The notes under the pieces are model-generated. The model made no database searches. It was given only the letters and a program-made list of their open reading frames with translations, and was not told the origin of the DNA. Below are positions 1 through 11,544 of a stretch of DNA of 64,000 nt, in pieces. The translations under genes and the position numbers were made by a program. The stretch's first letter is position 1, and every line of letters begins with the position of its first letter. This DNA comes from Sphaerodactylus townsendi (Eukaryota): positions 18,538,001 through 18,602,000 of the forward strand of contig NC_059433.1 in assembly GCF_021028975.2 (NCBI RefSeq). Reading direction: 5' to 3'.

Positions 1-753
1 CATACTTCTTTAGCTCCAAGCCAGGGCTTCTAAGTCCGGCCATATAGTTTGGCTCCCTCCCTCCCTTTAGATCTCATGGTCTTCTTCTATTAAGCTTTTG
101 GGAAATTTGTGATTGTTTTCAGTTGCAGCTGTAAATGTTGTCTCTTTCACGAAAATCTGATGCTTCTCCCAGGGGTTGTCTAGGACTGGAGTCATGGTAC
201 AGTCCTGGGCAGAGTTCCTCGAGTGTAAATCCAGGGGGCTTCAGCTGGAGTAGCTTAGCACAGCATTGCACTGTTAATTTCTCACTTCTTCTTTGGTTAA
301 AAAAAAAAGGAGTGGGCATGTTGCAGGAGTCGTATACAGGCCACCGTAGTTCTGTTTTCTTTGGCTAAACTCATTTATGCAGAAGATGAGCTGCATCTAC
401 AATATAAAACATATAAATAATGAATAATCCAGTCACATCTTCAACCATAAGTAAACAATCCATGCCCTTACAACGAGAGAATACAAAACAAATTGAAATT
501 GACAGGGGGGAGGGCTTTTAGTCTGTAGCAGCCAAAATATCCAGTAATTTTGCAGTAACTTAAGCAAGGCTGTGGTGTTCCTTTTCCTGCTTGTCAGTCA
601 GTCAGCCTCCCTCCATCTTGCTGGGCTCCCTGTGGCTCCATGGCTTCAGAATGGGAAAAGGAGGCCGGACATCTGCTCTCCCAACCTCACAGAATTATAG
701 ATTTGGAAGGGGCCGTACAAGACATCTAGTTCAACCCCCTGCTCAATGCAGGA

Positions 754-1194
754 GAGGGGTGTCCTAGTCTGGCCCTCCAGGAGCAGCAGTGGCATAGTGG
801 CCAAGAGCAGTGGCTAAGAGCAGGTGCACTCTGATCTGGAGGAACCGGGTTTGATTCCCAGCTCTGCCGCTTGAGTTGTGAAGGCTTATCTGAGGAATTC
901 AGATTAGCCTGTACACTCCCACACATGCCAGCTGGGTGACCTTGGGCGAGTCACAGCTTCTCAGAGCTCTCTCAGCCCCACCTACCTCACAGGGTGTTTG
1001 TTGTGAGGGGGGAAGGGCAAGGAGATTGTAAGCCCCTTTGAGTCTCCTACAGGAGAGAAAGGGGGGATATAAATCCAAACTCTTCTTCTTCTTCTTCTTC
1101 TTCTTCTTCTAGATGTTCATGGACTACAATTCCCATCAGCCCCAGGGGAATTGTAGTCCATGAACATCTGGAGGGCCAGACTTAGACACCCTTG
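754..1194. mobile_element. Palindromic hAT (Charlie/URR1-like) MITE split by a SINE insertion
   Basis: AGGGGTGTC..GGCCCTCCAG left end, GGAGGGCCAGACTTAGACACCCTTG right end, shared core ATGTTCATGGACTACAATTCCC. Confidence 0.75.
780..1110 (+). mobile_element. tRNA-derived SINE (Squam3-like, long subfamily) with (CTT)n tail
   Basis: Box A/B-like head, GCTGGGTGACCTTGGG core, (CTT)n tail; near-identical copies elsewhere in window. Confidence 0.85.
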
Positions 1195-2004
1195 CTCTAG
1201 CATCCCTGACCAGTGTTGGTCCATCTGCTGCCTGAAGTCTACCAGTGAGGGGGAGCTCACCACTTCCCTAGTTAGCCGATTCCACTGTTGCACAGCTCTT
1301 AACTGTAAACAAAATGCTTTTAATATCCAGCTGTACCTTCTTAAACCCATTATTGCAAGTCCTATCCTCTGCTGCCAACAGGAGCATCTCCCTGCCCTCC
1401 TCTAAGTGATAGCTTTCAAATATTTAAAGAGAGCAATCACGTCCCCCCTCAGCCTCCTCTTCTCCAAACTAAACTCTTCTCTGCACCCATTCCGTTCTGT
1501 TCCACACCCTTTTTGAAGTGAGGCCTCTAGAACTGTACACAGTGCTGCAGGTGAGGCCTAACCAGTGCATATTGCATGACTATGACATCTTGCAATTTGG
1601 ATGTTATTCCTCTGTTGATACAGTCCAAGATCACATTAGAGTTTTTGTTGCTGCATCACACTGGCTGCTCATATTTAACAGGTGGTCCACCCATACCCAA
1701 AGATCTTGTTCATACACACAGCCACCCAAAAGGGTATCCTCCAACCAGGATCTGTGTTCCTCATTTTCGTTTCTCAGATCTAGAACTTGGCACCTATCCT
1801 TGTTGAATTGCATCTTGTTCACAGCCGCCCACTTTTCCAGGATACTCCGATCTCATTGAATTCTATCTCGGTCTTCTGGTGTGTTTCGCTGCTGCTCCTC
1901 CCAATTAGGTGCCGCCTGCAAATGTAATGAGCAGCCTCTCCACACCCACCTACCCCCCATCCAGATCATTTAGTCCAGCATTCTGTTTCACATAGTGACT
2001 AACC

Positions 2005-2506
2005 CAGTGGTGGCGAACCTATGGCATGGGTGTCAGAGGTGGCACTCAGAGCCCTCTCTGTGGGCACGCACGAACAGAGTGCCCCCCCCCCCACATCTAG
2101 GCTGGCCTGGGCCACTGGGCTCGATTATTAGCACTAACCCTAAGACCTAGTTTTGGGGAAGCAGTGTAGGTAACCCTGTTAAGCACTGTTAAATCCCACT
2201 GATTTTCATGCAAAGAACTAAAGCACAACCCTTTACCCGGGAGTAAGCTTGGTTGCTGGCAATGGGTCTTGCTTCTGAGTATACCCTCCTAGGGTCGTGA
2301 TTCACCCTTTGGAAGAGTTGCACTGTTGCTTCAAAGCAAAGCCACCAAGCTTACTCCCGAGTAACGCATGCCTCGGAGCCAACTGTTTTTTTCTAAACTA
2401 AAACCTCAGTATTCAGGTTAAATTGCTGTGTTGGCACTTTGCAATAAATAAGTGGGTTTTGGGTTGCAGTTTGGGCACTCGGTCTCGAAAAGGTTCGCCA
2501 CCACTG
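2005..2506. mobile_element. Non-autonomous hAT element, family A (~500 bp)
   Basis: TIR CAGTGGTGGCGAACCT / AGGTTCGCCACCACTG; perfect 8-bp TSD GACTAACC; related copies at 21549 and 35316. Confidence 0.9.
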
Positions 2507-2619
2507 GACTAACCCAATGGGGTACCCAACATCGTGCCCAGTGTCTGTCTTCCTTCAGACAGAACTCAGACTGACTGGCCTGTAGTTTCCTGACTCCTTT
2601 TCTTTTCTTTATTTTCCTT

Positions 2620-2760
2620 TTGTATTTTATTGGGTTTGCTATCCCGCCCTTTCCCAGCCAAAGCTGGGCTCAGGGCTGCTCACGCACATGATAATAAGAC
2701 TTATACAAATTCCATATAGAATCTAGCAAGCAAATAAAAACAATAACATTATAACCTCCA
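2620..2760 (-). mobile_element. L2-like LINE 3' end remnant
   Basis: Reverse complement resembles the GTGAGC..CCCTGAGCCC..GGGCGGGATA..AATAAA tail also seen at 46545..46610. Confidence 0.45.
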
Positions 2761-2789
2761 TACCCTTTCACCTCCACACCCGTACACTT

Positions 2790-3081
2790 TCCTGGTGCCT
2801 GTCACATGTTTGTAGGAAATGGGCGGGACCAGGTAGGGCTTTTGCCCAGCAAGTCTCCTGATTGACTGTTGGAGATATGATTGACTGTATAGATTTTGCT
2901 TTGGCAGCAGCTGCCACCACAGCACAAAGTTCTATGCTGTGTTATTGAAGTTAAACTGTGGCAAGCATTTTGTGGCTGGCTCCACCTCCTGAGGCAGCCA
3001 TTTTGTTGCTGTAACTACTATGCCATGTCAGAATTCCAAATGTATCCACAAACCCAAATAAGTTGGGGGGGGAGGGGTCCC
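2790..3081 (-). mobile_element. Older hAT-like non-autonomous element, family B
   Basis: Shares CTGATTGACTGTTGGAGAT..GGCAGCCATTTTG..GAATTCCAAAT blocks with 26840..27375 and, inverted, with 46965..47270. Confidence 0.65.
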
Positions 3082-3134
3082 TATGCTAACCAGTTGCCCA
3101 AAAGGGCCAAAGAAACAAGGCACCGAGGTGGAGG

Positions 3135-3526
3135 CAGTGGTGGGATCAAAACATTTTAGTAACAGGTTCCCATGGTGGTGGGATTCAAACTGTGGCGTAG
3201 CGCCAATGGGGCTGGGCAGGGCACGATGGGGGCGTGACTGGGCATTCTGGGGGTGGGGCATTCCTGGGTGGGGCTGTGGCAAGGACGCAGCCGCTGCGCC
3301 GGTCCTTGGGCGGGAAACGAATGCACACAGGCGCAGGCTGCCACGCACGCCGGTGCACCTCCTGCTAGACTGCTTCAAGTTCTGCGTGCTACTGGTGAGA
3401 GGAGGGGCGTAACTAAGGCAAAAATCACGTGGCAAAATCACCAATTAGTAACCCCCTCTCGGCACACACAAATAATGAGTAACCTGCTCTCGGGAACCTG
3501 TGAGAACCTGCTGGATCCCACCTCTG
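3135..3526. mobile_element. Non-autonomous hAT element
   Basis: TIR CAGTGGTGGGATC / GATCCCACCTCTG; perfect 8-bp TSD GGTGGAGG. Confidence 0.85.
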
Positions 3527-5114
3527 GGTGGAGGTCTTCCCCTGCTGCCGCCTTCTATCAGTGCTTCTGCTCCTTCCAGTCCCCGGGGCTATTATCTGTT
3601 CCACAGAAAGATGATGGCAGGGTTGTATATTCCTCCGCCACAGAACAAAGCATGCTGGACCTTCTTTGTTGTAGAATGCTCCACCTGGGTCCTAGTGCCT
3701 GCCTAGCCCTGTTCTTCCTATCCATTTGAAAGTTAAAATACATTTTGGCACAAATGCTCTTGTATCAAAGTACCATGTTCAATAATGCACAAAATCATGG
3801 TTTTGACAAAGACAGCCTACAAAAATGAATGATAATTCTCATGTTCATTCGGGATTACATTCTAGCGCGGAAGCATACAATTTTCACAACCGTTGCACCT
3901 CATTTTTCTGTGGAACAGGAGATAATAGTCTTTAATGGATCTCTCGTTAATTTGGCCAACCCTGTTTTAAAGCTGTGTGTTCTTGTGGCCGTTGCTGCTT
4001 GCACTGACATTGAAGAACAGTTCGAGCAATCGCTTTGTGAAAGGAACGCGGGGGCGGTGGGTCAGAGCCCCAAACGGGGTCCTCCGTAGGGGTTTGCGGC
4101 AGTTCCTCAAGCTGCTGCTGTCGTTCTCTCTCTTCTCAAGTTTTGCCTCTGAGGTTGCGGTTGGCAGAGTCAGTGAAGCGTCCCCCTTCACGGAGCCATG
4201 TTAGGCCCTGCTAAGATGGAGTTGCTGAGGAGAAATTGCCTGGGAGTAGGTTTGGGTCTCTCTTGGGGAATTCTTTAATTTTCTAAATAGCTGCAAATTT
4301 CCAAATTGGTACTTTTTGCATGATTAATGCAAACACTTTTTGCCACTTTTTCCAAACACAGACAGCTTGCATATAGTAAAATTTTTATATCAAATCCAGC
4401 CAAGGAACTCATCTCTTCAGTATGTTTTTCAGACCTTTGTCTGATAACTGATACGTTAGAGCAAAAGCTGTGACTGAAAGGCACTTTAAGCCCAAGGGAA
4501 AACTTGAGGTTTTATTTCTAATAAATCTGATCTTTTAAAATAACGTAAAGGCTTTGGCCCCCGCTGTCACGTCTAAAAACAACCAGTTTTTGAGGAATTG
4601 TTTCTGCCTTGATCCGCCTAACTAAAATCCAGACGGCTGTTTCTCAGCTTTTGTAAGACTACTTTACTAGTTCTGAATTACAGGCACAAGTTTGACAGCC
4701 ATTGAATAGCACTTTTCAAGGGTGTTTTTGTTAGGCTGCCCCAATAAACGGTTCACATGAACAATAAAAGATGGAGGAAATTGCTCATTTCTTTTAAAAG
4801 CAAGCAACTCTGGCATTTAAGAGAGTCTACGCCTCCCTCCTGAATTGGGCATTTTAATATGTTGTAATAGCTTACTTGCCTTGTGTTCATTTTTTAGCAA
4901 GACCCCTCCCTTTTTGTGTACAATTAGCCAAGCCAGGAATTTGACTCGATACAAATATTCATTTTCATCTAATTTTCTAATTGGCATAGTTTGCTCATAG
5001 CCAAAAAAATCATATATTGTCAACTCTACAGCTAGTTGTAATCAACTTTCAGTTCTTTGATTGGATGAGCATTCTTCCTCTCCTTGCAGGTGGCTCGTTT
5101 TCCATCCTGTAAAG

Positions 5115-5314
5115 CACAGGCGTCAAACTCGCGACCCTCCAGATGTTATGGACTACATTTTACACGCATAGGCATCAAACTCGCTACCCTCCAGATGTTA
5201 TGGACTACAGTCCCCATCATCCCCCACCAGCACGATGCTGGCAGGGGATGATGGGAACTGTAGTCCATAACATCTGGAGGGCCGCGAGTTTGACGCCTAT
5301 GCGTGTAAAATGTA
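5115..5314. mobile_element. Palindromic hAT MITE (5167..5301) with a duplicated left arm (5115..5157) and inverted flanks
   Basis: TIR CA(C/T)AGGC(G/A)TCAAACTCGC; shared palindromic core; 13-bp inverted flanks. Confidence 0.85.
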
Positions 5315-5354
5315 TTCGTAACAAGCGGAGAGGTCCAGAATAAAACAGGAACCC

Positions 5355-5425
5355 AGTTGTACTTTAAAGACTAACAAATTTATTCCAGCCTAAGATCAGG
5401 AGTCAGAGTTTACCTCATCAAGTGT
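5355..5425 (-). mobile_element. Penelope-like terminal-repeat remnant
   Basis: ACTTTAAAGACTAACAAATTTATTCCAG block; related to 27570..27637 and, inverted, 59050..59126. Confidence 0.45.
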
Positions 5426-5903
5426 GTTGGAGTATAAATCCATCAGGCCAGTGTTTTATACACAACAGAAAAGGGGTATGTGTATATTACAAAGAGGCAA
5501 AATAATAATAATATCAGGTCACTGTGTGTATATGCCGCTCCTGACTCTTGTTAAAATTTCAAACCTGGTATAGGAAGAATTGAGATAAGCTGCAGATACA
5601 GCGGAAGTTACAGAGATGTAGATGAAGTAATTAACAACTTTAAGGGGAATTGCAACCTAGTTGCTGGGTAGAAAATCAGGTTCATGTATTACAGAGGTCT
5701 GCAATATGCTAGCATCTTAGGTTGGTCTGTTCACTTGCATTCAAATCTTGAAACTGTGTTTCATTTAAAAAAAAACATTCTTGTCCTGTTTGCAGAATAA
5801 AGGGGGAGATTGTCATGATGGAGCCTTGAAGATAGAGGAATCGGAAGTCAAATAAAATGTATTCAATTACAATCAATGGAGCTTTATGTGTTGCACTGCA
5901 GTT

Positions 5904-6071
5904 CAGGGGCGGATCGAGGGGGAACTGCACCTGGGGTGTGCGCACGTCCTGTGCCTCTGCCACAGCACCGCCCGCCCCAGAACGCCCCCGGAATGCCTCG
6001 GCCACGCCCCCACTGCGGTGGCGCCCAGGGGCGTCGCACCCCCGCCTAGCCCCGTTGGTGCTACTCCGCTG
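5904..6071. mobile_element. GC-rich hAT-type MITE
   Basis: CAGGGGCGGA..CTACTCCGCTG ends; perfect 8-bp TSD CTGCAGTT. Confidence 0.75.
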
Positions 6072-6103
6072 CTGCAGTTTGTATGTTTCCTAATGAATAC
6101 TCC

Positions 6104-6216
6104 GGCAGATTCTGCATGGGCCAAAAACAACAGTGTGAAAATGGTGTCAACCCTTTTACACCATTTTAAACCATTTGACACCGTTTTCACACTGTTTGGC
6201 CCAGGCGGAATCCGCC
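6104..6216. mobile_element. PIF/Harbinger-like MITE
   Basis: TIR GGCAGATTCTGCATGGGCCAAA / TTTGGCCCAGGCGGAATCCGCC; 3-bp TSD TCC; same family at 47815. Confidence 0.75.
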
Positions 6217-6842
6217 TCCCATTTATGGAGTTGAAAATCATACTTCAGACAGCTGTTCAGCTTTTGTGATAACCAGTAGGCTCGGAATGCCAATATGCCG
6301 TGATCTGATTGGCTGCTAATTTAAGCAGTAGCAGCAGTCAGAAGAGGAAAAGACCACTGATGAGTAATCTTGACGTTGGTCTCCACTCTCCCTAAGTTTC
6401 CATTTTCAGGGGAAGTGTTTATATTATTGCAACGTTCTGATGGGCAGTGGCTAAATATCAAATAAAATATTTTGACTTTTGGAACTCCCTGGTATTGGCA
6501 TAAACAAGGCTGTTGATCATCTTATTTGGTTTTAAAAATTCCACCCAGCGAGAGGAAATTATCCTGACCTTTCCAATGCGCCTTCAGCCGTTTCGTGAAA
6601 TCTTTGAGTAAATGTCATCATTGCTGACTTCGTATAACAGACATAACTTGACGTCTTATTGTGATTTCTGTTCCCACAGTTGAAATAGTATACCTGGGGA
6701 GGGGATTCCTTACCTTGCCATGACAACACAAAGCCAAACCCACGTGTGCCTAAGGGAAGCCCTTTTCCAGCATTTTCACACATGGTGTGATCAGCATTTG
6801 TTGGACAAGTTATTCAGAATACCCAGTTTCCACATATCATTG

Positions 6843-7689
6843 TGTCAAGCCTCTGAACCCTAGCACCAACCGACATGCCCCTATCCAGGGTCTGAGGAGC
6901 CCTTCCTCTGGCCTCAGACAGGGCCCCTGGGTGCAGCTGCACTTCAGTGACCCTTTCCCAAGGCTAACAGGTCCTGAGTCAGGTCATAGCTACACGGGAG
7001 CATCCTCCCCGGCCATCCAGGCCCTCAGCCTTTTTATTACCTCTCCCCAATTTGGGTTCCGACCCCGGTCCTTCTCCCTGGCTCTTTCNNNNNNNNNNNN
7101 NNNNNNNNNNNNNNNNNNNNNNNNNNNNNNNNNNNNNNNNNNNNNNNNNNNNNNNNNNNNNNNNNNNNNNNNNNNNNNNNNNNNNNNNNNNNNNNNNNNN
7201 NNNNNNNNNNNNNNNNNNNNNNNNNNNNNNNNNNNNNNNNNNNNNNNNNNNNNNNNNNNNNNNNNNNNNNNNNNNNNNNNNNNNNNNNNNNNNNNNNNNN
7301 NNNNNNNNNNNNNNNNNNNNNNNNNNNNNNNNNNNNNNNNNNNNNNNNNNNNNNNNNNNNNNNNNNNNNCCTCTTCCTTGTTACTGCTCCAAGAGAGCAG
7401 AGGCCTCAGTTGGGCTTCTGGGTCTTCTCCAGACTCCTTGCTCAGGGCCTGGGCTTCTGGTGCTATGCTAGGTCGTACCTGGGGGTGGCCTGCCTTCCAG
7501 GTTTCTTCTGCCACTGTGCGGCCTTTGAGACCCAGGCAACTGCCGGCCTAGGGTGGGGTTCCCCCCTGCGAGCCCCCTTGCTTTGTGGGATCTGTCTTCT
7601 ACCCTATACGCCCCTGGAGGCTGGGTATGTCTTTCTCCTGGGGCCCTCAAGGCCCTCCCCCAGGAGTCCAGGAGGGCAGTCCCCGGACA
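6843..7689. mobile_element. Probable solo LTR (Gypsy/ERV-like), interrupted by an assembly gap
   Basis: TGTC...GACA inverted termini; 5-bp flanks CATTG/CAATG (1 mismatch); GC-rich interior sharply bounded by AT-richer intron. Confidence 0.5.
7089..7369. other. Assembly gap (N run)
   Basis: Run of n. Confidence 1.
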
Positions 7690-7884
7690 CAATGCACTGG
7701 CTACCCCCACAACAAATAACAGGAATTGAACAAGAGGTACAGAGGAAAGACCGCCGGTCTTCGAGGCTTGTATGCCAACATTTTCTAGCCACTCATTTCC
7801 AATATTCCGTATTATTATCAGTTTGGGGAATACGTAGAAATACCAGTTACAATATTTTGTTCCCTTTTTCTTTTCGGTTCACAG

Positions 7885-7977
7885 GGAAGGTCTGTTTCGT
7901 TAACAGCCTTTTATCGAACAGCAAGGAATGTTATGAACATGTGCTTCAACAAGGAACCCACAGCGGCTGAAATAGAG
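7885..7977 (+). CDS. JARID2: JARID2 coding exon (human exon 9 equivalent), [31 protein letters not shown]
   Basis: Pyrimidine tract + ACAG acceptor, GTGAGA donor, 93 nt, phase 0/0; peptide closely matches recalled vertebrate JARID2 ([21 protein letters not shown]...). Confidence 0.96.
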
Positions 7978-8099
7978 GTGAGAAGTTCCCCCCTGAATAT
8001 TAGCAAAAGGTGTTTAAACTGGCTACAGATAGCTGTTTACTTCTGCAAGTGAACAGATTTAGTCAAGTGGGAATGCTGTTGCACTGAGTAACACCAGGG

Positions 8100-8255
8100 G
8101 TCCAAGAAGACTGCACCTTTCCCAAAATCTAGGATACCTTTTTTGAGATGGAGTGACCTGAACTATACATAGTATTTCAAATGCAGCAACACCGTACACG
8201 TGTTTTCACTCCCTGCCCTAATAATCATTACAAAATTTGCTTTTTTGCTGCCGTG
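8100..8255 (-). mobile_element. Old CR1 fragment
   Basis: CCTTTTTTGAGATGG..GACCTGAACTATACATAGTATTTCAAATG resembles reverse-complemented CR1 ORF2 (HLEYCVQFWSP region). Confidence 0.5.
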
Positions 8256-8486
8256 ACATTTTCCTAGATTGCATTTGGATTTTATTATGTCTGTTTTTAG
8301 AAGTGTCCACCTCACCTTTCTCTCACTTACCGTAAATTGTCACTGACCAGCGGGACATTATAATAACAGCTCTGATACAACTATTTCAAATACAGCAGGG
8401 CAAGGCTGGCAGGGCAAGGCTGAGCTTTTCCCAAAGGGTGGAACTGAGCAGCCCTGGGTACATGCCGCTTGGCATAAGGAACAGCA

Positions 8487-8866
8487 GGAGCAGCAGTGGC
8501 GTAGGAGGTTAAGAGCTCGTGTATCTAATCTGGAGGGGCCAGGTTTGATTCCCAGCTCTGCCGTCTGAGCTGTGGAGGCTTATCTGGGGAATTCAGATTA
8601 GCCTGTACACTCCCACACACGCCAGCTGGGTGACCTTAGGCTAGTCACAGCTTCTTGGAGCTCTCGCAACCCCACCTACCTCACAGGGTGTTTGTTGTGA
8701 GGGGGGAAGGGCAAGGAGATTGTCAGCCCCTTTGAGTCTCCTGTAGGAGAGAAAGGGGGGATATAAATCCAAACTCATCCTCCTCCTCCTCCTCCTCCTC
8801 CTCCTCCTCCTCCTCCTCCTCTTCTTCTTCTTCTTCTTCTTCTTCTTCTTCTTCTTCTTCTTCTTC
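8487..8866 (+). mobile_element. Squam3-like SINE (long subfamily) with expanded compound (CCT)n(CTT)n tail
   Basis: Near-identical to 24737 copy; tail about 8778..8866. Confidence 0.88.
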
Positions 8867-8948
8867 CACACCCCAAATCTCCGGGAATTTCTGAACCCAG
8901 AGTCGGCTGCCATAGTTGTTTCACTGCTGCCTATCCATGACCCTAGAT

Positions 8949-9080
8949 CAGGGGTGTCCAACTCTGGCGCTTCAGATGTTCATGGACTACAATTCCCATC
9001 AGCCCCTGTTGCCATACCAGCAGGGGCTGATGGGAATTGTGGTCCATGAACATCTGAAGCGCCAGAGTTGGACACCCTTG
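8949..9080. mobile_element. Palindromic hAT MITE
   Basis: TIR CAGGGGTGTCCAACTCTGGCGCTTC; perfect TSD CCCTAGAT; near-perfect palindrome. Confidence 0.9.
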
Positions 9081-9685
9081 CCCTAGATCAATTCAAGTTA
9101 AATAGCACTAGTCCCAAAATAGATCCTTGTTAAAAGCACAGCACTTTCATTGTGAAACTGGCCATTTCCATTCTGTTTTTTTAACCTAGTGTTTCCCAAC
9201 CTGTGGGTTTTGACCCAAAAAGCGGGTTATGAAGCCTGCGAAAGTGCAGTTGTATTAACTGTGAATGCGTTGTGATTTGTGGATTAAGTGGGTTACCATA
9301 CCAAGTAACTTGGGACTTGTGGGTAACCATACTGGGAACCACTGTTTTGTACTCTTAAATAATTTTGAATAATGAAGTTGGTTTTTAATAACGCTATCCT
9401 GCATATTTTCCCCAAGACCTTGCAATAATAATACCAGTGCCAGAGGGAAACATACAATTTACTATAAGAACTGCATTGTAAAAATGAAAGCATTCCCTGG
9501 TTGCTTTTCTAAACTAATTTTGCTACATTCTTTATTATGGTTTTTGAAGTACTGGATACCCAGTTTTAAAGAAAGGACAGCAGTAAGGGAATAATGTTTG
9601 ACCGGGGAGTCCGAGGAAATACTTGAGAGATACAATTCAACTATAATAAAAATGGTTAACCTACTCTCCTTTTTCCCCCATGTAG

Positions 9686-9805
<120 letters not shown>

Positions 9806-10310
9806 TAATACTTGGTAATGTTAATTAGATTTGTGTTGAATATTTACATCCGCACTAGGCAGTAGGGCAATCCATTGGATTCTTTGGGCTGTTGTGGCTG
9901 AGGCCACGGTGCTTCTGCCGGAAGGGGTGTGAGTGTGTGTGTGATTTTAATTTCTTTGCCCAGCAGGGCTCCTGGGAGTCCTCTGGACCCCAGGAACGGC
10001 CTTCAGAGATGTGTGGGGCTATAGCAATAGGATGGAGGGGAAACAGTTCTGCCAGCAGAGCTGCGTTCACAGATCATTAACTGCTAATTAGTTTACTAAG
10101 ATACAGATACAAAACCCTTGTCTTGTATAGTCACAGGTTGCCTTGGTTCACACTTAACTAACAAATCACAGAGAGGTAAAGGAAGCACACAAGGCCACAA
10201 CACGCTGTTTAGAAGACCAAGAACATTACATCAGATCTGACCTATTAGTGACAGTGTGCTTATACTTTTTTATGCTTTTTAGTGACCTTAAATGAGAAGC
10301 CTGGGCAATA

Positions 10311-10495
10311 CTAGCCTGATCTCGGCAGATCTCAGAAGCCAAACAGGGACAACCCTAGTTAGTATTTGGATGGGAGACATCCAAGGAATACTAGGGCTGT
10401 GTCTTGGAGCCTGGCAAACCACCTCCAAGAATCTCTTGCCTTGAAAACTCTAGGGGGTGCCGTAAGTCAGCTGTGGCTTGGTAGCACATACACAA
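10311..10495 (+). mobile_element. 5S rRNA-derived SINE with RTE/BovB-like tail
   Basis: GCCTGATCTCGGCAGATCTCAGAAGCCAAACAGGG..GTTAGTATTTGGATGGGAGAC aligns to 5S rRNA; followed by GGCAAACCACCTC..CTTGCCTTGAAAAC..GCCGTAAGTC tail. Confidence 0.75.
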
Positions 10496-10840
10496 AAAAC
10501 ATAGACGCACACTATGTACCTTCAAAAACTCTCTTCCTGGAATTACACAATTTGACATTTAACACATTGCGATTGCCTCATATTGCAAAGAATTCATGAA
10601 AGAAATCACTGGGTTCCGCTGGTACAGGGAGAGCATCTTGAAGGGAAGCACTCCAACCTTGGGAAATGTGCATGCATTTGCCAACCATGGCAATTTCTAG
10701 AGTCCACGTGAGCGTGAGATGGCCCCCCCCCATCTCCCTTTGTGATCTCATGTGGTCCCTTTCCCCCGTTCTGTGGTTCCAAGGCACTTAAAAGTTTTAC
10801 TTGTTCCTGAGGTTAAGGACAGCAGAATGATGGGATATAG

Positions 10841-10941
10841 CAGTGGTGGTGAACCTTTGGCGCTCCAGATGTTATGGACTACAATTCCCATCAGTCCCTG
10901 CCAGCATGGCCAATTGGAGTGCCAAAGGTTCACCACCACAA
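10841..10941. mobile_element. Palindromic hAT MITE with right-arm deletion
   Basis: TIR CAGTGGTGGTGAACCTTTGGC; TSD GGATATAG/GGGTATAG. Confidence 0.75.
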
Positions 10942-11544
10942 GGGTATAGTAATGATTTTGTGTGTTGGGGGGGGGGGTGTCTTTATTTGTTTGCTTTGGT
11001 GACTTGGCCACAACTTAGTTTTGGTGGAAACAGATGGCTGATAACCATTTGGTGGCTTCCTAAGGCTTAATCCGTGGCAGCTGGGACCCTATGAAGACAG
11101 TCGGCACCTGCCAAAATTTCTCCTTCTCCACACAGTTATTGGAGAGCCATTAGATGGGCAAGTGTCCTAGCTACTGAATTATTGCATCTATTTATTTTGC
11201 AAGTGCACATACACACACACACACACACAGCTGACAGAATGGAATGAAGCGTTGCACAGATTTTGTATATTGTATCAGCACAAAATCCCAAAGTGTCAAT
11301 GTGTTTACGACTGTTTGGGCATAATTTAAACACGGATGAAATTGAGTTTTCCTAACTTGCCCTTCCTTTGGCTGCAGCCCCGTCCAGTAATCTGGAATCC
11401 CCCACAAGACAATTTTGAAAAACACACTGGGGGAAAAAGGAGAGAGAATAAGACAAACACTGGTGGCATCTACTGCTGAGAGAACATTATTGTTCCTTCT
11501 TCCTTCTTTGGGTCCCTAACATCTTGGGACCCACCGTTCCCACT

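Larger units (their letters stand above)
688..1970 (-). mobile_element. CR1 LINE 3' fragment (ORF2 C-terminus + 3' tail), interrupted by a MITE and a SINE
   Basis: ORF 1631..1822 (MQFNKDRCQVLDL...EQDLWVWVDHLLNMSSQC) and ORF 1117..1350 (RAVQQWNRLTREVVSSPSL) are CR1 ORF2 motifs; a GNYRPVSL remnant lies near 2565..2590. Confidence 0.85.

Noticed and set aside
780-870. tRNA genes at SINE heads
   Set aside because: Box A/B-like motifs are present but the sequence continues into the SINE body with no intact cloverleaf.
5070-5100. Strong cryptic acceptor (ttcttcctctccttgcAG|GTGGCT) as a recursive site or extra JARID2 exon
   Set aside because: The following hexamer is a poor donor and no JARID2-like coding sequence follows.
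1-7884. JARID2 ARID-domain exon
   Set aside because: No ARID-like peptide seen in the ORF track or by eye; it presumably lies upstream of the window.
6787-7970. Long ORFs of 139-254 aa
   Set aside because: Inflated by the N gap or lying in the GC-rich probable LTR; 7410..7970 crosses the real JARID2 exon in the wrong frame.
8641-8961. ORF with poly-Lys/poly-Arg tract (106 aa, - strand)
   Set aside because: Antisense translation of the SINE (CCT)n(CTT)n tail; not a gene.
10311-10400. 5S rRNA gene
   Set aside because: 5'-truncated, diverged and fused to a LINE-type tail; it is a SINE head.
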